Positions 58,171-64,000 of a stretch of 64,000 nt of DNA are shown in pieces (the first letter of the stretch is position 1; each line of letters opens with the position of its first letter). Source of the stretch: Octopus vulgaris (taxonomy: Eukaryota). Made by a program: the position numbers and the translations under genes. Under the pieces are notes generated by a model. The model did not search any database, had not been told where the DNA came from, and saw nothing but the letters and a program-made list of their open reading frames with translations. The stretch is taken from positions 23,560,001-23,624,000 of the forward strand of contig OX597830.1 of NCBI GenBank assembly GCA_951406725.2, given 5' to 3'.

Positions 58171-58575
58171 CTTTACTCTAGCCATAATCACCACCCCAAC
58201 CATCCTTACCAGCAAGAGTAACAATAGCGACGCCACTACCAGCATCACCAACAACGAGAACAACACCATCCCCATCAGCAGCACCACCAGCATCTTCGCC
58301 GTCACGACGACGACGACCAACACCACCATCAAAACCACGACCATCACGACGACGACGACGACCACCGCCAACACCAACACCACCAACACCATCCCAACCA
58401 TCTACATAACCACGACGACGACGAACCCTCCCACCGTCACTAAAAACACGACCATCACGACGACGACCGCCACCACCTCCTCTATCACCACCACCAAACA
58501 CTGCCGACACCATCCCAACCATCTCTATAACCACGACGACCACGACCACCACCACCACCACCCTCGCCGCCGCCC
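57848..58575. repeat. Compound trinucleotide array (ACT/ACA/GCT/ACC/ACG)
   Basis: Direct reading. Confidence 0.92.
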
Positions 58576-59319
58576 CAACAAAATACTAGCCTCGTTAGCG
58601 GGGATTTAAATTAAGTTACAAAGATTGATTCAATTAGATTAAAATTTCTTATGGAAGTGTCGCTTGGAATCTTCGATGCGAAATATAACGCTGAAGAACT
58701 TGACGAAGATTGGTGGCGGTAGCGGTGGTGGAAATTCGGATTGGATGGTTTGGTAGTGGCTGTGGCACAGCTGTAGCAACAGCTGGTAGTGGCGATGGTA
58801 ATGATTCTGTGGTGGAGTTGATCTATGTTGGCGGCTGTGGTGGCGGTGATGGTGGTGTATGCCTTTGCTTCAACGGCTGGTGATGGTGGTGGAGGTGGTG
58901 GTGATGACGTTAGTGGTGGTGACAATGGTTTTGATGGTGTTGGTGGTGGTGGTGGTAGTGGAGGGGTTATTGTTGCTGGCGGTGGGGATACGGATCCTCA
59001 GCTGGTAGTGATGACGATGATGATGATGAATGAGTGAAATTGGGATCGTACTGCGGTGTTGATAGTAGTCGAGCACCGGTGATAGATCAAGGGTGGTCAT
59101 GGATGGAGGGATGTAATGAGTATGGTGGGATGTGTTGATAATAGCGATGGTAGTATTGTATGCGCGGGTATGTTCATATATGTTGGGTGTAGGCACGTAG
59201 CTAAGTCGTTAAGGTACACGGCTTCCGATTATAAGGTCGTAAGTTCGATTTTCATGTAATTTATTATTCAGTTTTATCGCAATTTTCTTACGATCACGTG
59301 AAACTCAAGTAAGAGTTAT

Positions 59320-59440
59320 TCTTTTACTTGTTTCAGTCATTTGACTGTGGCCATGCTGGAGCACAGCCTTTTAGTCGATCAAATCGACCCCAGGACTTAT
59401 TCTTTGGAAGCCTTGTACTTATTCTATCGGTCTCTTTTGT
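59320..59440 (-). mobile_element. Family C SINE tail fragment
   Basis: TTTTACTTGTTTCAGTCATTTGACTGTGGCCATGCTGGAGCAC. Confidence 0.85.
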
Positions 59441-59799
59441 TCGATGGGTAAATAGAGAGATAGTGAGATAGATGGCGAGACAGATGGATAGATAAAGGGA
59501 AAAGTATAAGAAAAGATATTAATATAATATATAAAATACATCACAATTAGTGGCACATTCACACCTTCACACGCCTACAGACCACTCATTCATTCGCACT
59601 CACATGTGTACAAATATAGTATGTATGCATGTATATATATATATATATATATATATTACTACTAGCCTGTTGTTTACAGCTACAACCACACACACATACA
59701 CACCCACACCCACACACACACACACACACGTGTCATCATTGCACACATACACACACGCACACGCAGGCCTCCGCGCACGCACACATCCACACTTACACA

Positions 59800-60114
59800 C
59801 GCATTCCCCCTCCTAACATTCCGCTGTCTTTGACCATACTACTCTTCTGTCTTTGAAAACTCTTCTGTCTTTGAAAACATCTTTCTTCACCCTTTCTCCT
59901 TCCGGTCTTTCAAAATGTGATCCCGTGTGTACCGTTGCCGATATTTTTCCCTCTGTCTTCCCTTCTCTAGATCTTTCCTTCTCCTATGTTTCCGACGAAG
60001 AGCTCCGCTCGAAACTTTAACCCTCCTTCTTCCCTTCTTTCCTGAGCGTCTAATAATACTGTATTTGTTCCACGTCCTCGCGTTGTTGTGTTTTTTGTGT
60101 TTTCTTGTTTGGAT

Positions 60115-60118
<4 letters not shown>
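59800..60118 (+). mobile_element. Penelope-like terminus with degenerate HHR (59988-60021)
   Basis: GTTT-CCGACGA-A-GAGC-tcc-GCTC-GAAA-CT-TT-AAC; shares CCTGAGCGT..CTAATA...TGTATTTGTT-like block with the 57318 family; ends at (TA)n. Confidence 0.65.
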
Positions 60119-60177
<59 letters not shown>

Positions 60178-60304
60178 TTGTATATATAAGCATATATATA
60201 TATGTCTGTTTGTATATATAAGCATATATATATATATATGTATGTATGTATGTTTGTAGATACAAGCATATATATATATATATATATATACATACATGCA
60301 TATA

Positions 60305-60349
<45 letters not shown>

Positions 60350-60492
60350 TCACATACACACACACACAGGCACACACACGTATGATATATACATATGAGC
60401 ACACGTTTTCAAAAATATATGACACCCATGGATATACATACATCCTCTACATGCATATGTGTGTGTGTGGTCTTTATGTATGTATATATGCA

Positions 60493-60594
<102 letters not shown>

Positions 60595-61100
60595 CCTATA
60601 TATATATAATTACACATACAGAATATCAAGAAACATTTATTTAATGTTTTCATATAGCCAGGCATCAAGAATTACAAGCTATATATTAGCATATCTAATG
60701 TATATACCTGTGTGTGTGCGCATGTATGTCCATTCAGGCTGGAGTGTTATCATGCGTGTAGAAAGCACTTCTGTGTGAGCAAAGTTTTCGGTACATACAG
60801 ATATGCGTATATATAGATTAGCTTATATACATTCCTACATTCATGCATACACTCGTGCATGTATGCATATAAATATATGCACATGCATATAAATATATGC
60901 ACATGCATACGTACATGTACATACATATACACACACTAACAGATATATATATATATATATACATGTGTACAAATATAGTATGTATGCATATATATATATA
61001 TATATACATACACATATATATATATATTATATAAATACATAGCTATACATGCATATATATTTAGATATAAATATACGCATGTGCGCGTGTTTGTGTATGC

Positions 61101-61168
<68 letters not shown>

Positions 61169-61501
61169 ACACATACACACATATATATGTGTATATATAC
61201 GCACACGCTGATACGCATGCGCACATACTTGCATTGTGTAGTGTCGGCGTGGTTTTAAAGAAATAAATGATTAAATGCAAATTCAACGAATAATAAAAAG
61301 AGAAAATTAAAAAATAACAAAAAAGAAACCACAACAAAAAACAAATTAGTTGAATAAACGAATTATTAAACTGTCGAAGTAAGGAGTCTTGTTGGTTGTT
61401 TTAAATTTTTAATTTTATTCTAAGATTGACTGCTTTGTAACGAAAGCAAATATATTTTCTTATGACGGAGATTCATTCAGTGACTGCATACACGATGTGG
61501 T

Positions 61502-61890
61502 GTGGAGGCGCAATGGCCCAGTGGTTAGGGCAGCGGACTCGCGGTCGTAGGATCGCGGTTTCGATTCCCAGAACGGGCGTTGTGAGTGTTTATTGAGCGA
61601 AAACACCTAAAAGCTCCACGAGGCTCCGGCAGGGGATGGTGGTGATCCCTGCTGTACTCTTTCACCACAACTTTCTCTCACTCTTACTTCCTGTTTCTGT
61701 TGTACTTGTATTTCAAAGGGCCGGCCTTGTCACTCTCTGTGTCACGCTGAATATCCCCTAGAACTACGTTAAGGGTACACGTGTCTGTGGAGTGCTCAGC
61801 CACTTACACGTTAATTTCACGAGCAGGCTGTTCCGTTGATCGGATCAACCGGAACCCTCGTCGTCGTAACCGACGGAGTGCTTCCACAAG
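61502..61890 (+). mobile_element. Family R SINE
   Basis: Near-identical to 3778-4166; TSD GATGTGGT. Confidence 0.92.
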
Positions 61891-62301
61891 ATGTGGTACA
61901 GTCGTTAAAGTCGACTGATTGATATATTTCCCGTGATATATCTTCCAATTTCCCAGCGCTTTGAGTTCAAATTCCGCTGTGGGCAACTGTGTCTTTTATC
62001 CTTTCCAGTTCAGTAAAAAGGTGCCAATGCAGCATTGCGAACTGGGGGAATTGGCAGAAGCGTTTACACTCATGCTCGAAGCTATTAGTTCGGACTCTAT
62101 TCGTTCTGAGTTCAAATATTGCCGAGGTCGGCGTTGCCTTTTATCCTTTAGTGAACAATAAATATTTACCAATCGATCCAGAGCAGTGGCATGATGAAAC
62201 TGACCCTTCCCTCCACGCAATCAAAGAGAAAGAAAAGAGAAAAGAAGAGAAAACAGAAAAGAAACAAAACGTTGAACCAGTTTCAAATATTTTCTCATCT
62301 G

Positions 62302-63105
62302 AGGCGGCGAGGTGGAGAATCGTTAGCACGCCAAGAGAAATGCTTAGCGGTATTTCGTCTGCCGTTATGTTCTGAGTTCAAATTCCGCCGGGGTTGACTT
62401 TGCCTTTCATCCTTTCGGGGTCGATAAATTAAGTACCAGTTACGCACTGGAGTCGATATAATCGACTTAATCCGTTTGTCTGTCCTTGTTTGCCCTCTCT
62501 GTGTTTAGCCCCTTGTGGGTAGTAAAGAAATAGGTATTTCGTCTATCTTTTAAAGGCGGCGAGCTGGCAGAATCGTTAGCACGCCGGGCGAAATGCTTAG
62601 CGGTATTTGGTCTGCCGTTATGTTCTGAGCTCAAATTCCGCCGGGGTCAACTTGGCCTTTCATCCTTTTGGGGTCGATAAATAAAGTACCAGTTACGTAC
62701 TGGGGTCGATATAATCGACTTAATACCTATGTCTGTCCTTGTTTGTCCCCTCTATATTTAGCCCCTTGTGGGTAATAAAGAAATAGCAAATTCCGCCGAG
62801 GTCGACTTTGCCTTTCATCCTTTCGGGGTCGATAAATTAAGTACCAGTTACGCACTTGGGTCGATATAATCGACTTAGTCCGTATGTCTGTCCTTTTTTT
62901 CTCCTCTGTGTTTAGCCCCTTGTGGGTAGTAAAGAAATAGGTGTTTCGTCTGCCGTTACGTTCTGAGTTCAAATTACGCCGAGGTCGTCTTTGCCTTTCA
63001 TCCTTTCGGGGTCGATGAATTAAGTACCAGTTGCGTACTGTGTCGATCTAATCGACTGCCCCCTCCGTCACAATTTCAGGCCTTGTGCTTAATATAGAAA
63101 GGATT
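62302..63105 (+). mobile_element. Tandem array of four family M SINE cores
   Basis: GCCTTTCATCCTTT(C/T)GGGGTCGAT at ~62402, 62656, 62810 and 62993; heads at 62302 and 62554. Confidence 0.9.
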
Positions 63106-63545
63106 ATTTGTTTCATCTTCCTCAGTTCGGAGTTCAAAGGCTGCGTACGTCAATGTCCCTTTTTAGCCTTTCGGGTTCCCTAAAATACCCACCAATCGAA
63201 GGCAATGGAATGATGGAACTTGTTTTTGTTTTGGCCCTTGCATTCTGAGCTCACATCTTTCTGTGGCTTATTTGACCCAGTTTAGCACCAAGATCTAGAA
63301 CTTTGGAGTACACTATGTTGCAATCCTCCAGACCAGTCTTCCGGTTTCTGTATGCCGTATAATAGTTTTTGCTGTGCTTAGCGTATGACTGATATATCTA
63401 TGTACATGTATATGTGTGTATGTGCATACATGCACATTCAGACACTAATCGCACCATATACATACGTTTATACATGCGTACGTACATACACACATATAAA
63501 TACAGCCATCTATGCTTCATATTTTATACGATGTGTATATATACA

Positions 63546-63652
<107 letters not shown>

Positions 63653-63662
63653 CACAATTATA

Positions 63663-64000
63663 GGCGTAGGAGTGGCTGTGTGGTAAGTAGCTTGTTTACG
63701 AACCACATGGTTCCGGATCAAGTACCACTGCGTGGCACTTTGGGTAAGTGTCTTCTCATATAGCCTCGGGCCTTGTGAGTAGATTTGGTAGACGGAAACT
63801 GAAAGAAGCCCGTCGTACATATATATATATATATATATGTGTGTGTATGTGTGTTTGTGTGACTGTGTTTGACCCCCAAACATAGTTTGATACCTAATGC
63901 TGGTGTGTTTACGTCCCCGTAACTTAGCAGTTCGGCAAAAGAGTCCGATAGAATAAGTACTAGGCTTACAAAGAATAAGTCCTGGGGTCAATTTGCTCAA
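63663..64000 (+). mobile_element. Family C SINE (runs off the window end)
   Basis: GGCGTAGGAGTGGCTGTGTGGTAAGTAGCTTG head, CORE and internal microsatellite. Confidence 0.9.

Overview
AT-rich, extremely microsatellite-dense eukaryotic DNA with no host protein-coding gene that I can support. Nearly all long ORFs in the track are translations of (CA)n/(TA)n/(TATC)n/(AAT)n arrays. The repeat repertoire (tRNA-derived CORE/Meta-type SINEs, Dong/R4, Tx1/L1, CR1 and RTE LINE fragments, Tc1/mariner, hAT and Helitron derivatives) points to an intergenic or intronic region of a cephalopod (Octopus-like) genome; this is an inference. Three signals stand out. (1) About ten minimal type-I hammerhead-ribozyme (HHR) motifs lie in short non-coding Penelope-like termini, mostly abutting (TA)n. 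Several sit in foldback or inverted arrangements and have recurrent non-canonical cores. (2) A reconstructable ~2.3-kb ORF1-only (RT-less, half-LINE) retroelement with a 15-bp TSD was later split by a ~0.9-kb inversion. (3) One site in the head of one SINE family was hit by three independent insertions. Boundaries were read by eye and may be off by a few bases.
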